A stretch of DNA of 64,000 nucleotides from Acutalibacteraceae bacterium (GCA_045587265.1 JAZNBX010000023.1:6047-70046), one strand, 5' to 3'; positions 39,579-49,285 are shown, counted from the first letter of the stretch. The notes: generated by a model not told the origin, from the sequence alone. Translations and numbers: made by a program.

Positions 39579-40982
39579 ATGAAAAGAAAAGGCAAAGTAA
39601 AGTTTTTCGTTGTTTTGGCGCTTTTGCTAGCATTTATTTATGCGGCATTTTTCGGCGTTTCAATCGATAACTATTACGGCGATACTAACACATACCACTT
39701 TGGCATTAAGAGCGCTAGCGATATTCGTTGGGGTATTGATATCAGCGGTGGTGTCGAGGCTGTATTTTCACCGGATATTAAAGATACAAAAATAACCGAC
39801 GAGAATATGGATGCGGCAAAAGAAATTATTGAAACTCGTCTTGTAAACCACAACATTACCGATTACGAGGTTTATGTAGACTATGATAAGCATCAGGTTG
39901 TTGTTCGCTTCCCACAAACAAGTGGCGAAGAAAAGTTCGATGCACAAGAGGTTGTAGCAGAACTTGGCGAAACAGCATTGCTTAAATTCTGTAAGAATGA
40001 TGACACAAGCGACGTTATCTTAACAGGTAAGGACGTTGAAAACGCTCAACCTGGTTATGATGATGGACAAGGTGGTGGCACACCTGGATATATCGTAAGT
40101 CTTACACTTAAAGAGTCGGGTGTTTCAAAGTTCTCTGCAGCAACTAAAGAACTTGCAGGCAACGGCACCATCTCAATTTGGATGGACGATACACAGGTAT
40201 CTAACCCATCTGTTAATGAGCAGATTACATCAAAAACCTGTCAAATCACAGGTATGGCTAATAGCGAAGAGGCAATAGACCTTGCTAATAAAATAAACGC
40301 AGGTTCATTACCATTCGCACTTACTACCGATAATGATATGCTTCAAATTGTTTCACCTACTTTAGGTAGCGAGGCGTTACGCGTTATGGTTATAGCAGCT
40401 ATAATCGCATTTGCTATTATCTGCATCATTATGATTTCACGTTATCGTCTATGCGGTGTTGTTTCGGCACTTACTCTTGCAGGTCAGGCCGCAGGTATGA
40501 TTGCATGTGTATCAGGTTTCTTTGATGGCATCAATTCATTCACACTTACTGTTCCCGGTATCGCAGGTATGATTCTTTCTATCGGTATGGGTGTTGACGC
40601 TAACGTTATCAGTTTTGAGCGTATTCGTGATGAGTTCAAAAATGGCAGAACTATCGATGGTGCAATCAACAAGGGATTCAGTACCGCGCTTAGCTCAATT
40701 ATCGACGGTAACGTTACCAACGTTTTGGTTGCTATCGTTCTTATGGGTGCATTCGGTACTACAGAGGGCTTCTTCTACAAAATATTCTCATGGGTACTTC
40801 AGTGGTTCTCAACCTCAATTACAGGTTCTATCTACTCCTTCGGTTATACCTTGCTAGTTGGTGTTATAGTAAACTTTGTAATGGGCGTTTTTGCAACAAG
40901 GGTGCTCACAATGGGTATTTCACAATTCAAGGTACTGCGTAAACCTTGGTTATACGGAGGTGCTAAGAATGAAAAAGTTTAA
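39579..40982 (+). CDS. secD: Protein translocase subunit SecD
   Basis: Large periplasmic-type loop followed by six TM segments. LGIDISGG-like WGIDISGG. Confidence 0.9.
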   Translation: MKRKGKVKFFVVLALLLAFIYAAFFGVSIDNYYGDTNTYHFGIKSASDIRWGIDISGGVEAVFSPDIKDTKITDENMDAAKEIIETRLVNHNITDYEVYVDYDKHQVVVRFPQTSGEEKFDAQEVVAELGETALLKFCKNDDTSDVILTGKDVENAQPGYDDGQGGGTPGYIVSLTLKESGVSKFSAATKELAGNGTISIWMDDTQVSNPSVNEQITSKTCQITGMANSEEAIDLANKINAGSLPFALTTDNDMLQIVSPTLGSEALRVMVIAAIIAFAIICIIMISRYRLCGVVSALTLAGQAAGMIACVSGFFDGINSFTLTVPGIAGMILSIGMGVDANVISFERIRDEFKNGRTIDGAINKGFSTALSSIIDGNVTNVLVAIVLMGAFGTTEGFFYKIFSWVLQWFSTSITGSIYSFGYTLLVGVIVNFVMGVFATRVLTMGISQFKVLRKPWLYGGAKNEKV

Positions 40983-41967
40983 AGAATTCAATATTAACTT
41001 TGTTGGTAATATTAAAAAGTATGTTATCGCTTCCTTAGCAGTTATTTTAGCAGGTGTTATTGCATTTGCTATAATGGGCGTAGAGTTGGACATCAACTTT
41101 AAAGGCGGTAGCCGCTTTACCTATACTTATGAGGGTGAACTTGACCTAGATGAAGTAGAAAAGGTTGCCGATAAAGCATTAGGCAAAAACACAAGCGTTT
41201 CAGGTTCTGATAGTGCTATTGATGCAGGTTCTTCTAAAATCATCATTTCGGTTGCAGACGTTGTTAATGCAGAAGACGTAAATGTTGATAAAGATAAGGA
41301 AAAAGAAAAAGGCGCACATCAGTTGCTAGAGACCGCTTTGCAAAAAGAGTTTTCTAAAAACAAGATTGCTTTTGCAGAGTCAAACGTTGTTGAAGCATCA
41401 ATTGCTCACGGCTTCTATGCTAAGAGTTTGGTAGCAATATTACTTTCAGCTGTTTTGGTTATAGTTTACGTAGGTATCCGCTTTAGAAAAATCGGTGGTG
41501 TGTCTGCCGCAATCTTTGCTTGGGTTGCACTTATTCACGATGTTATCATCGCATTTATTGTTTGCGTGATATTCCGCTTGTCAATCGATGCTAACTTTAT
41601 CGCAGTTGTACTTACAATACTTGGTTATTCGCTTAACGATACCATCATTATTTATGACCGTATTCGTGAAAACCGCAATAGAAATCGCAGTGCCGATTTG
41701 GCAAGTGTTGTAAACTTAAGTATTAACCAAACATTAACTCGTACAATTATTACTTCAATCACAACCTTTATTGCAGTTATAGTTGTTGCATTAGTTGCTG
41801 AGTTCTTTGGTTTAACCACACTTCGCAGTTTCGCAATTCCAATGGCTGTTGGTATGGTTTCGGGTAGTTACTCTTCAATCTGTCTATCTGGTCCACTATG
41901 GGTTAAATGGCAAGAGTTCCGCCACAATCGCAAGCTAAAAAAAGAAGCAAACTACGCAAAAAAATAG
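40969..41967 (+). CDS. secF: Protein translocase subunit SecF
   Basis: MKKFKEFNINFVG... and NDTIIIYDRIREN. Overlaps the secD end by 14 nt; the track ORF is extended to 40891. Confidence 0.9.
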   Translation: MKKFKEFNINFVGNIKKYVIASLAVILAGVIAFAIMGVELDINFKGGSRFTYTYEGELDLDEVEKVADKALGKNTSVSGSDSAIDAGSSKIIISVADVVNAEDVNVDKDKEKEKGAHQLLETALQKEFSKNKIAFAESNVVEASIAHGFYAKSLVAILLSAVLVIVYVGIRFRKIGGVSAAIFAWVALIHDVIIAFIVCVIFRLSIDANFIAVVLTILGYSLNDTIIIYDRIRENRNRNRSADLASVVNLSINQTLTRTIITSITTFIAVIVVALVAEFFGLTTLRSFAIPMAVGMVSGSYSSICLSGPLWVKWQEFRHNRKLKKEANYAKK

Positions 41968-41971
41968 GCAT

Positions 41972-42002
41972 AAAAAAACCGCTCGAAAGGGCGGTTTTTT
42001 TG
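41972..42002. terminator. Bidirectional intrinsic terminator
   Basis: ACCGCTC/GGGCGGT stem flanked by A7/T7. Confidence 0.85.
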
Positions 42003-42005
42003 TAC

Positions 42006-42884
42006 CTATTTTTCGTGTAAAGATAACGGAAGTTGCGGTGGTGTGCTTTGTTTTGCAGATTTCCTAAATTGCATCGGGGTAGAGCCACAGTGCTTTTTAA
42101 ATATTCTTGAAAAATATAAGGGGTCTCCGAATCCTATAAATTTTGCTATTTCTGAAATCGAGTGGTCGGTCTGAATAAGTAATTGCTTGGCTCGGTTCAT
42201 TTTTAAAGTCAACATATAGCGATGGGGTGGAACACCAACTGTTTCTGTAAATAGGTGAGAAAATCGGTCTACACTTAAAAACAGTTCGTCTGCATAGTCT
42301 TTTACAGAAAAATTGCTAGTTATATTACTTTCCATTTTTAGTAGTATTTTTTCAATTTTTTGCTTTGCGGTTGTAATATCTGCACCTTCTTGATCGCTTC
42401 TTGCAATAAGGCAGAGCATATTTAGAAGGATAGAACTTTCTAATATTTTATACCCTTTTTTTGATAGTCGGTGCTCGGGCAATAGTTTTTCTACAAGTAG
42501 GTCCATTTCATCTGTAGCAAGAACGGGTAATATTCGCTTTTCGGAAATACTTAAGTCTATAAGTGTTTGTTCAGCGCAAGCGCCCGAGAAATGCACGTAA
42601 ACACTTTCGTATTTGTCCTTTTTTAAATAGGAATATTTTTGTGGGTCGCCAGGATGGTAGAGTACAACATTGCCTGCTGTTACGGTTATTGTTTCTTCGC
42701 CAAACTGAACGTATATCTTGCCTTTGCGAATGTATATTAACTGGTAGTCAAGACGGCCCTGTTCGCGTATTGTGGTATAGTCGCCAAATTTGTAGTTTGA
42801 AATACCGCAGTGGTTTATTTCTAAGAATTTGTCAGAAAAATAATTGTTAATATCGCCAATATTACCGTGGTAGGTTGTTTTCAC
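42006..42884 (-). CDS. AraC-family transcriptional regulator (cupin sensor + HTH)
   Basis: N-terminal cupin-like domain. C-terminal double HTH (SVKDYADELFLSVDRFSHLF...YFSRIFKKHCGSTP). Confidence 0.9.
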   Translation of the reverse strand: MKTTYHGNIGDINNYFSDKFLEINHCGISNYKFGDYTTIREQGRLDYQLIYIRKGKIYVQFGEETITVTAGNVVLYHPGDPQKYSYLKKDKYESVYVHFSGACAEQTLIDLSISEKRILPVLATDEMDLLVEKLLPEHRLSKKGYKILESSILLNMLCLIARSDQEGADITTAKQKIEKILLKMESNITSNFSVKDYADELFLSVDRFSHLFTETVGVPPHRYMLTLKMNRAKQLLIQTDHSISEIAKFIGFGDPLYFSRIFKKHCGSTPMQFRKSAKQSTPPQLPLSLHEK

Positions 42885-43164
42885 AAAAATCCCTCTAATT
42901 TTAAAATTTATTGTATGCTATTTATAGTAGTATAGCATACTATAGCAGTTTTGTCCATATATTTAGCAGAATTATGAATTGTATAATTTTACCTGATAGT
43001 ATATGATATGTAAGACGAAAATGCTAGAGCGATGTTTTTTCGTTGTAATTTTAAAGCAGAAATGTTTTGTTTTAAAGTTATTAAATTTGTTATTTTCTTT
43101 TATTCGCTTAATAAACACTCTCTTAGAGGAATAGCCGTGCTTTAAGGTGCGGCTATTTCTCTTT

Positions 43165-43226
43165 TATAAAAATAAAAATCCCCTAAAGTAGTAATCAAGT
43201 TTTATAAAACTACTAAAGGGGATTTT
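43165..43226 (-). terminator. Intrinsic terminator of the SGNH hydrolase gene
   Basis: 10 + 6 bp stem AAAATCCCCT..AGTAGT/ACTACT..AGGGGATTTT followed by a U-rich tract on the minus strand. Confidence 0.7.
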
Positions 43227-43246
43227 ATGTACAGTAATTAAATGTC

Positions 43247-43816
43247 TTATAAGGGAAGCTCTTCACAAAATTCGATGAATTTTGGCAACCACCACTCTGT
43301 ATAACCCTTAATGTTGGGGTGAATGGGGTCGTTCATATATTTTTTATAATCGTCTTCGCTTATGTTGCGCATTTCTTCATCGTTGTATAGGTCTAAAATA
43401 TAAAAATCAAGTTCTTCTTTTAATCTTAATAATAGTTTTACCATTTCGGCATATTCATCGCTTTCATAGTAAGTTCCGGTATAGAATGCGATAGGGCAAT
43501 TAAATGTGCTTTTTGCATAGGAAATAATAAAACGAATAGCCTCTTCAATTCTGGAAATTTCAATTTTTCCCGAAGCGTCATTAGTAGAAAGTTGGCATAT
43601 AAATAAATCAACTTTTTGTGTTTTATCAACTTTCTTTAGCCTTGACACGTAAGAAGTTTCATTAACATCTGTAAGTGTGGTTCCGTTTACAGCTTCTTTA
43701 ATGCAGTTTATTCCGCAATGGTCAGCCATCAAATCTGCAAAAGAAACGCCACCTGCGGCTGAACCATAGGTTACGGAAGAACCTAAAAATAATATTGTTT
43801 TTCCATTTAATTTCAT
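43247..43816 (-). CDS. SGNH-fold hydrolase (GDSL-like, atypical block I)
   Basis: ILFLGSSVTYG, STNDAS, DPIHPN. Confidence 0.7.
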   Translation of the reverse strand: MKLNGKTILFLGSSVTYGSAAGGVSFADLMADHCGINCIKEAVNGTTLTDVNETSYVSRLKKVDKTQKVDLFICQLSTNDASGKIEISRIEEAIRFIISYAKSTFNCPIAFYTGTYYESDEYAEMVKLLLRLKEELDFYILDLYNDEEMRNISEDDYKKYMNDPIHPNIKGYTEWWLPKFIEFCEELPL

Positions 43817-43874
43817 AATATCAACTCCTATAATGATTATACTCTATTTTATATAAGATTTCAATAGTTTTATA

Positions 43875-44759
43875 TTATTTTACGGTTGCTCGATATTCAT
43901 CTAAAAGCGCTACAGGTTGGTATGATTCCTTTGCCTTTCGCAAACCCTCGTCGCCCATATCTTCTTCGCGGTTAATGAATTTGCAGTCAGCCCATTCATT
44001 TTTGGCAAATTCGCGATTCATGGCCGCATAAGCCCCACGGTATTGGGTGTTAGCAAATTCAACGTGTATAAGCGCGGTGTCGTCTGTGATTCTCTCTCCG
44101 ACAGAACAGGCGATTATTTTGCCGTCTACCTCAATAAGTCCGCCCGTAACGCCTAGTTTCTCTAAGTTGTCAAGTAATTTATAGGTTGCAATTTTTGATT
44201 CTTTTAGTAACTTTGTATCCTCGTCTTTGTCCTTATACCATAAGTCGAATAGTTCTTTACAGGCATCAATATCGTCTTTTTCAATTCGCCTATAAGTAAA
44301 GTTGTAGTTTTTGCAAAACGCATTGTAGTGATTTTTCTTAGAGTGTAGTTTCTTGCCGCTTAAATTTATAAGTCTTTGGGTTTCGTATAGGTAATCTGAG
44401 TTATCGCGGTCATAATCGTAGTGAAATTCGTCGGCATAAATCGCCTTTAACTCTAATACGTCGTTAGGTGATAGACAAATAAACCTAGGCTTTGCGCCCA
44501 AACTTTCTAGGTGGGATATGCCACGGTCAATAGCAGTTTTAACGTCGCTGCCGAGAACGATAGGGTATAACATAAAACTTTTTTCTTTTAAGTTCCATAA
44601 AATATAAAGCACGTCGTCTTCTACTGCTATTTTAACCTTACCGTTGCCCGCCCAGATGTAGCAGGTGGTAAAGTTGTAAAGCGAGCGAGGATTTTTAGCG
44701 CCTTTAACAAACTTATCAAAAATAGGTTTGTCGGAAATTTCGATGTTGCGGAAATTCAT
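43875..44759 (-). CDS. DUF2156 (lysyl-PG synthase C-terminal-like, GNAT fold) protein
   Basis: Length and pattern (FTTCYIWA..., LHSKKNHYN.F, INREEDMGDEGLRKAK) resemble DUF2156. Confidence 0.6.
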   Translation of the reverse strand: MNFRNIEISDKPIFDKFVKGAKNPRSLYNFTTCYIWAGNGKVKIAVEDDVLYILWNLKEKSFMLYPIVLGSDVKTAIDRGISHLESLGAKPRFICLSPNDVLELKAIYADEFHYDYDRDNSDYLYETQRLINLSGKKLHSKKNHYNAFCKNYNFTYRRIEKDDIDACKELFDLWYKDKDEDTKLLKESKIATYKLLDNLEKLGVTGGLIEVDGKIIACSVGERITDDTALIHVEFANTQYRGAYAAMNREFAKNEWADCKFINREEDMGDEGLRKAKESYQPVALLDEYRATVK

Positions 44760-44840
44760 TAAATTTACTTCCTTTTAATATAATAAAACACAAAATGTAA
44801 ATATATTATAACCTTTTATAAATTAAATGTCCATCATTTG

Positions 44841-44868
44841 TTGACAAAATTTTTGTTTGTATTATAAT
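44841..44868 (+). promoter_or_regulatory. SigmaA-type promoter for galE
   Basis: TTGACA, a 16-nt spacer, then TATAAT. Confidence 0.6.
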
Positions 44869-44899
44869 AATATACATAAAGAAGTGAGGAGAAATAGTG

Positions 44900-45913
44900 A
44901 TGAAAATTCTTTTAACAGGCGGTGCAGGTTATATTGGTAGCCACACTTGTGTAGAACTTTTAAATTCTGGCTACGACGTAGTTGTTGCTGACAATCTATC
45001 TAACAGTAACGAAGAATCGCTAAAACGTGTAAAGCAAATTACAGGCAAAAGTGTGAAATTTTATAAAGCCGACATTTTAGATAAAAAGGCTATGCGTAAA
45101 ATTTTCAAACAAAACAAAATTGACGTTGTTATTCACTTTGCAGGCTTAAAAGCGGTGGGCGAGTCTAATCAAATTCCGCTGAAATATTACGAAAACAACA
45201 TTTCAGGCACAGTTGCTTTGTGCGAGGTTATGAATGAGTTTGGTTGCAAAAAGATGGTTTTCAGTTCGTCGGCAACCGTTTACGGTGTAGCAGAAAAAAT
45301 GCCGCTTACCGAAGATATGCCTTTGGGTGCAATCAACCCTTATGGCAGAACAAAATTGTTTATTGAAGATATTTTGCGCGACCTTTGCAAGTCGGATAAT
45401 GAGTGGTCGGTAGCACTTTTAAGATACTTTAACCCAATCGGCGCGCATCCAAGTGGTCTTATTGGTGAAGACCCTAAGGGTATACCCAATAACCTTATGC
45501 CATATGTTGCACAGGTTGCGGTTGGCAGACTAAAAGAACTAAGCGTTTTCGGTAATGATTATGACACTGCTGATGGCACAGGCGTTAGAGATTACATACA
45601 CGTTGTAGACTTGGCACGTGGCCACGTAAAAGCGGTTGATTACGTTGCAGATACTCTTGGTTGCGAGGCGATAAATCTCGGCACGGGTAATGGCGTTTCT
45701 GTTTTAGAACTAGTTGAAGCATTCAAAAAAGCATCGGGCGTAGACGTACCTTATAAAATCGTAGAGCGTCGTCCCGGCGACCCTGCAAAAGTTTATGCTA
45801 ATGCAGATAAAGCCAAGGAACTACTAAATTGGGAAGCAGAGTTCGGCATCGAGCAGATGTGTAAAGATAGTTGGAATTGGCAAAGCAATAATCCTAATGG
45901 CTATTTAAAATAA
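44900..45913 (+). CDS. galE: UDP-glucose 4-epimerase
   Basis: [20 protein letters not shown] (YxxxK), SDR fold. Confidence 0.95.
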   Translation: MKILLTGGAGYIGSHTCVELLNSGYDVVVADNLSNSNEESLKRVKQITGKSVKFYKADILDKKAMRKIFKQNKIDVVIHFAGLKAVGESNQIPLKYYENNISGTVALCEVMNEFGCKKMVFSSSATVYGVAEKMPLTEDMPLGAINPYGRTKLFIEDILRDLCKSDNEWSVALLRYFNPIGAHPSGLIGEDPKGIPNNLMPYVAQVAVGRLKELSVFGNDYDTADGTGVRDYIHVVDLARGHVKAVDYVADTLGCEAINLGTGNGVSVLELVEAFKKASGVDVPYKIVERRPGDPAKVYANADKAKELLNWEAEFGIEQMCKDSWNWQSNNPNGYLK

Positions 45914-45916
45914 AAT

Positions 45917-45950
45917 ATGCGGTCGGTAGAAACTATCGACCGTATTTTTC
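45917..45950 (+). terminator. Intrinsic terminator
   Basis: 13-bp stem (ATGCGGTCGGTAG/CTATCGACCGTAT) followed by TTTT. Confidence 0.8.
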
Positions 45951-45959
45951 GGTGGTTAT

Positions 45960-47315
45960 ATGAATAAGAATGATTTAATACAATTAAGTATAACCGATTT
46001 GACGGGTGGTGGCGACGGTGTTGGCCACGCACCTGATGGTAGGGTGGTTTTTGTTCCCAATACTGCAGTTGGGGACGAGATTTTGGCGCATATTTTAAAG
46101 GTAAAGAAAAAATATGCTTTTGCAAAAATCCACGAGATTTTAACCCCTGCCGAGAGTAGAATAGAAAGCAACTGCCCAATTTCTTCAAGATGTGGCGGTT
46201 GTGTATTTCGTCATATAAGTTATAAAAAAGAGTGCGAAATAAAGAAGCACCAAGTTGAAAATTCTTTTAGGCGCATAGGCGGTCTTGATACCCCTATAAA
46301 CGAGATAATTGGTGCCGAAAATATTGATTTTTATAGAAATAAGGCGCAAATTCCGGTAGGTGTTGATAGAGACGGCAAGGTTATTTGCGGTTATTATACT
46401 AAAAGTAGCCATAGAATTGTACCTTTAAATGATTGCCGCTTGCACCCAGAAGTTTTCGATATTATTATTAAAAAGTTTACCAACTGGGCAAACGAAAATA
46501 GAATTTCGGTCTATGATGAAAAAAGCGGCAAGGGGCTATTGCGCCACCTTTATATAAGGCGTGCGGCAAAATCTAGCGATATAATGGTGCTTGTTGTTAT
46601 TAACGGCAAGGAACTGCCAAAAGCCCAAGCCCTTGTAAATTCGCTTACCGAACTATCCGAGATAAAAAGCGTGCAGATTAACGTAAACCTAGAAGACACT
46701 AATGTTATTCTTGGCAAAAAATGTGTAGTTTTGTATGGAGAGGATAGTATTGTAGACGTTATCTGCGGCGTTAAAATTCGTATATCTCCTTTGGCTTTTT
46801 ATCAGGTTAATCACACAATGGCACAGAAACTTTATAATAAGGCTAAAGAATTGGCAGAGCCAAAAGATAAGGTTGTTTTAGACCTTTATTGCGGTGTTGG
46901 CTCAATAGGTCTTTCTATGGCAAAAGATGCTAAAGAAATCGTCGGCGTAGAGATTATACCTCAAGCGGTTGAGGATGCAAAATTCAACGCAAAACTAAAC
47001 GGCACCCAAAATGCAAGATTTATCTGTGGTGATGCCGCAAAGGCAGTAAAGGATTTAGAAAAGCAGGGAATAACCCCCGACGTTGTAATTCTGGACCCGC
47101 CAAGAAAGGGTTGCGATGCCTCGCTTATCGAAACGGTTGCAACCGAATTTTGCCCCGAAAGAATAGTATATATATCCTGTAATGACGCTACCTTGGCTCG
47201 CGATTGCGCCATTTTCAAGGAGTACGGCTATAAAACAGTAGAAGCCACCCCCGTAGACCTCTTTGCAAGGACGGGGCACGTAGAGGTCGTAGCAAAATTA
47301 GAAATGGAAAAATAA
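45960..47315 (+). CDS. rlmD: 23S rRNA (uracil-C5)-methyltransferase RlmD/RumA family
   Basis: TRAM domain, Fe-S Cys cluster CPISSRCGGCVFRH, SAM motif LDLYCGVGSIG, catalytic YISCN. Confidence 0.9.
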   Translation: MNKNDLIQLSITDLTGGGDGVGHAPDGRVVFVPNTAVGDEILAHILKVKKKYAFAKIHEILTPAESRIESNCPISSRCGGCVFRHISYKKECEIKKHQVENSFRRIGGLDTPINEIIGAENIDFYRNKAQIPVGVDRDGKVICGYYTKSSHRIVPLNDCRLHPEVFDIIIKKFTNWANENRISVYDEKSGKGLLRHLYIRRAAKSSDIMVLVVINGKELPKAQALVNSLTELSEIKSVQINVNLEDTNVILGKKCVVLYGEDSIVDVICGVKIRISPLAFYQVNHTMAQKLYNKAKELAEPKDKVVLDLYCGVGSIGLSMAKDAKEIVGVEIIPQAVEDAKFNAKLNGTQNARFICGDAAKAVKDLEKQGITPDVVILDPPRKGCDASLIETVATEFCPERIVYISCNDATLARDCAIFKEYGYKTVEATPVDLFARTGHVEVVAKLEMEK

Positions 47316-47338
47316 TTAAAATATTTTCAGTTTTGTTA

Positions 47339-47366
47339 TTGACAAACGGATAAAATATGCTATAAT
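47339..47366 (+). promoter_or_regulatory. SigmaA-type promoter for the tRNA pair
   Basis: TTGACA, a 16-nt spacer, then TGcTATAAT. Lies 17 nt upstream of the tRNA 5' end. Confidence 0.75.
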
Positions 47367-47382
47367 ATTTAGGTCAACTTGA

Positions 47383-47459
47383 GGGCCATTAGCTCAGTTG
47401 GTTAGAGCAACCGGCTCATAACCGGTTGGTCCGGGGTTCGAGTCCCTGATGGCCCACCA
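47383..47459 (+). tRNA. tRNA with CAT anticodon (Met, or lysidine-type Ile2; the CTCATAACC loop resembles Ile2)
   Basis: 77 nt. Acceptor GGGCCAT/ATGGCCC, AGCTCAGTTGGTTAGAGC D-arm, anticodon CAT at 47417-47419, GGTTCGAGTCC T-arm, encoded CCA. Confidence 0.9.
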
Positions 47460-47468
47460 TTTTAATAT

Positions 47469-47542
47469 AGGGGCATGATGTAATGGTAACATTCCGGTCT
47501 CCAAAACCGTCCTTGAGGGTTCGAGTCCTTCTGCCCCTGCCA
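47469..47542 (+). tRNA. tRNA-Trp (CCA)
   Basis: 74 nt. Acceptor AGGGGCA/TGCCCCT, anticodon loop CTCCAAA, T-arm GAGGGTTCGAGTCCTTC, encoded CCA. Confidence 0.92.
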
Positions 47543-47609
47543 AAAAAGAAACCACCCAACAGGGTGGTTTTTTGCATATAATAAAATAAGAAGGACTCGA
47601 ACACCGAGG
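47525..47609. repeat. 85-bp direct repeat, copy 1 (tRNA-Trp 3' 18 nt + terminator + 36 nt)
   Basis: Identical base for base to 47722-47806 (offset 197) on my comparison. Confidence 0.9.
47549..47573 (+). terminator. Intrinsic terminator after tRNA-Trp
   Basis: AAACCACCC/GGGTGGTTT stem followed by TTT. Confidence 0.85.
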
Positions 47610-47721
47610 GGGTCTCACCGTAAAGAAAAATAGTCCGGTGGACTGTTTTTTAGGTGAGAGGTGCGCAGACGGGTACTGCGAACAAGGTGAGCGGTCGTCA
47701 AGCAGGGCAAAAATTTTTTGC

Positions 47722-47806
47722 GTCCTTCTGCCCCTGCCAAAAAAGAAACCACCCAACAGGGTGGTTTTTTGCATATAATAAAATAAGAAGGACTCGAACA
47801 CCGAGG
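47722..47806. repeat. 85-bp direct repeat, copy 2 (orphan tRNA-Trp 3' end + duplicated terminator)
   Basis: Identical to 47525-47609. There is no tRNA body upstream of it. Confidence 0.9.
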
Positions 47807-47826
47807 CAGAAAAGAACTCTTTTTTG

Positions 47827-47855
47827 TTGCACACGAACAAATAGTGTGTTACAAT
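47827..47855 (+). promoter_or_regulatory. SigmaA-type promoter for the surface-protein gene
   Basis: TTGCAC, a 17-nt spacer, then TGtTACAAT. Confidence 0.6.
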
Positions 47856-47929
47856 TAATTTAGCAGGTCAATTTAGTTTGATAGATAGGTAATTGATTTG
47901 TAGTTTTTTTGTTTTAGGAGGAAAATAAA

Positions 47930-49282
47930 TTGAAAAAAATAGCATCTATTTTCTTGGCGTTAGTACTTTTTGTAAGTGCAATACCCTCTATGGCAATTAG
48001 CGCTAATGCTGCGGTCAATGAGATTGCAAACGGTATATCTAAAATCGAAATTGTTCAGTCTCAAAGAATTTTAGGAAATGAAGGCGTGCTTTTGGATGAC
48101 GGCGTATACCTATATTGGAGCAATGTAGAGACTTTTAATTATAAAGTTATGTTCACCAGTGGAGCGTCTACAACCGTTACATATACGCAACTGGAAAATA
48201 TGGGGGTAGAAATACACACTATTAAATTCATTGGTGAATACTACGAGTACGACGATAGGTGTTTCTTTAAAGCGGGCAAACAACCCGTACAAATCAATCT
48301 GATAAATGGAAACGTTTGCACAAGTTATGTAGACATAACCTCATTTTCAAGTTGGCTTTTGTCACTTGGCATAAATGTTTCCAGTGATTTCGATGATATG
48401 ATAATTGAATATGAAGGCTCTGAGGAACAAGCATATTATTGGAGAATTAAGCCAGACCAAACAAACAACTATGATTTGTACTCTGAAAAATGGAATCAAA
48501 TAAATGGAAACATTCTTATATTTGATGCCAATAACAACGTAATTCCCAATAATAGCGGTTGGAATTTAAAAGCGGGTCAAGAGTACGCAATCCGTATAGC
48601 ATACAAATATAATACGGGTTGTTATCAGGATGTACCATTTTGGTTAGAGGCTAACAGAGACCACAGCCACAACTATCTTCCAAAAACGGTGGCAGCAACA
48701 GTAACTAAAAATGGGCGCATAGACTATACTTGTACATCTTGCGGAAACGTAAGCGTAAGCAAGACAATTAACTATCCAAAGACCATTAAGTTATCTGCAA
48801 CAAGCTACACCTACAATGGTAAGGCTAAAAAGCCTGGCGTGGTTGTTAAAGACTCATCAGGTAAATCACTCAAAGAAGGCACAGATTACACTATAACTTA
48901 TCCAAGTGGTAGAAAGAACGTTGGTAGTTATAATGTTGTTGTTAAATTTAAGGGTAATTATAGCGGAACAAAGACTCTTACTTTCAAAATCAACCCTACA
49001 AGCACCAAGATTTCAAAAGTTAGCGGCGGCAAAAAAAGCTTAACCGTAAAATATTCTAAAAAATCTAAGCAGGTTACAGGATATGAGGTTCAATACAGCA
49101 CTTCAAAGAGCTTTAAATCTGCAAAGACCAAGACTGTTAAGAGTTATAAAACAACAACTGCCAAAGTAACAAAGCTAAAGGCAAAGAAAAAGTATTATGT
49201 TCGTGTTCGTACGTATAAAACAGTTGGCAAAACAAAATACTATTCAGCTTGGTCATCAGTAAAATCTGCAAAAACCAAATAA
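47930..49282 (+). CDS. Secreted protein with an MBG/Ig-like module and a C-terminal FN3-like K-rich module
   Basis: TTG start after AGGAGG. Signal peptide ...ISANA. SYTYNGKAKKPGVVVKD...GTDYTITY...GNYSGTKTLTFKI matches an MBG-type pattern. KKYYVRVRTYK...YYSAWS is FN3-like. Confidence 0.6.
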   Translation: MKKIASIFLALVLFVSAIPSMAISANAAVNEIANGISKIEIVQSQRILGNEGVLLDDGVYLYWSNVETFNYKVMFTSGASTTVTYTQLENMGVEIHTIKFIGEYYEYDDRCFFKAGKQPVQINLINGNVCTSYVDITSFSSWLLSLGINVSSDFDDMIIEYEGSEEQAYYWRIKPDQTNNYDLYSEKWNQINGNILIFDANNNVIPNNSGWNLKAGQEYAIRIAYKYNTGCYQDVPFWLEANRDHSHNYLPKTVAATVTKNGRIDYTCTSCGNVSVSKTINYPKTIKLSATSYTYNGKAKKPGVVVKDSSGKSLKEGTDYTITYPSGRKNVGSYNVVVKFKGNYSGTKTLTFKINPTSTKISKVSGGKKSLTVKYSKKSKQVTGYEVQYSTSKSFKSAKTKTVKSYKTTTAKVTKLKAKKKYYVRVRTYKTVGKTKYYSAWSSVKSAKTK

Positions 49283-49285
49283 TTA

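Noticed and set aside
47585-47660. Possible minus-strand tRNA pseudogene suggested by the GTTCGAGTCC T-loop-like sequence.
   Set aside because: The flanking bases (CGGTG / CCTTC) cannot form a T-stem, and no acceptor or anticodon arm follows. It is better described as an inverted 14-nt copy of the tRNA-Trp T-arm.
47394-47840. 148-aa and 62-aa minus-strand ORFs across the tRNA region.
   Set aside because: They run antisense through two tRNA genes and the duplicated terminators. Their internal peptide repeat merely reflects the 85-bp DNA repeat.
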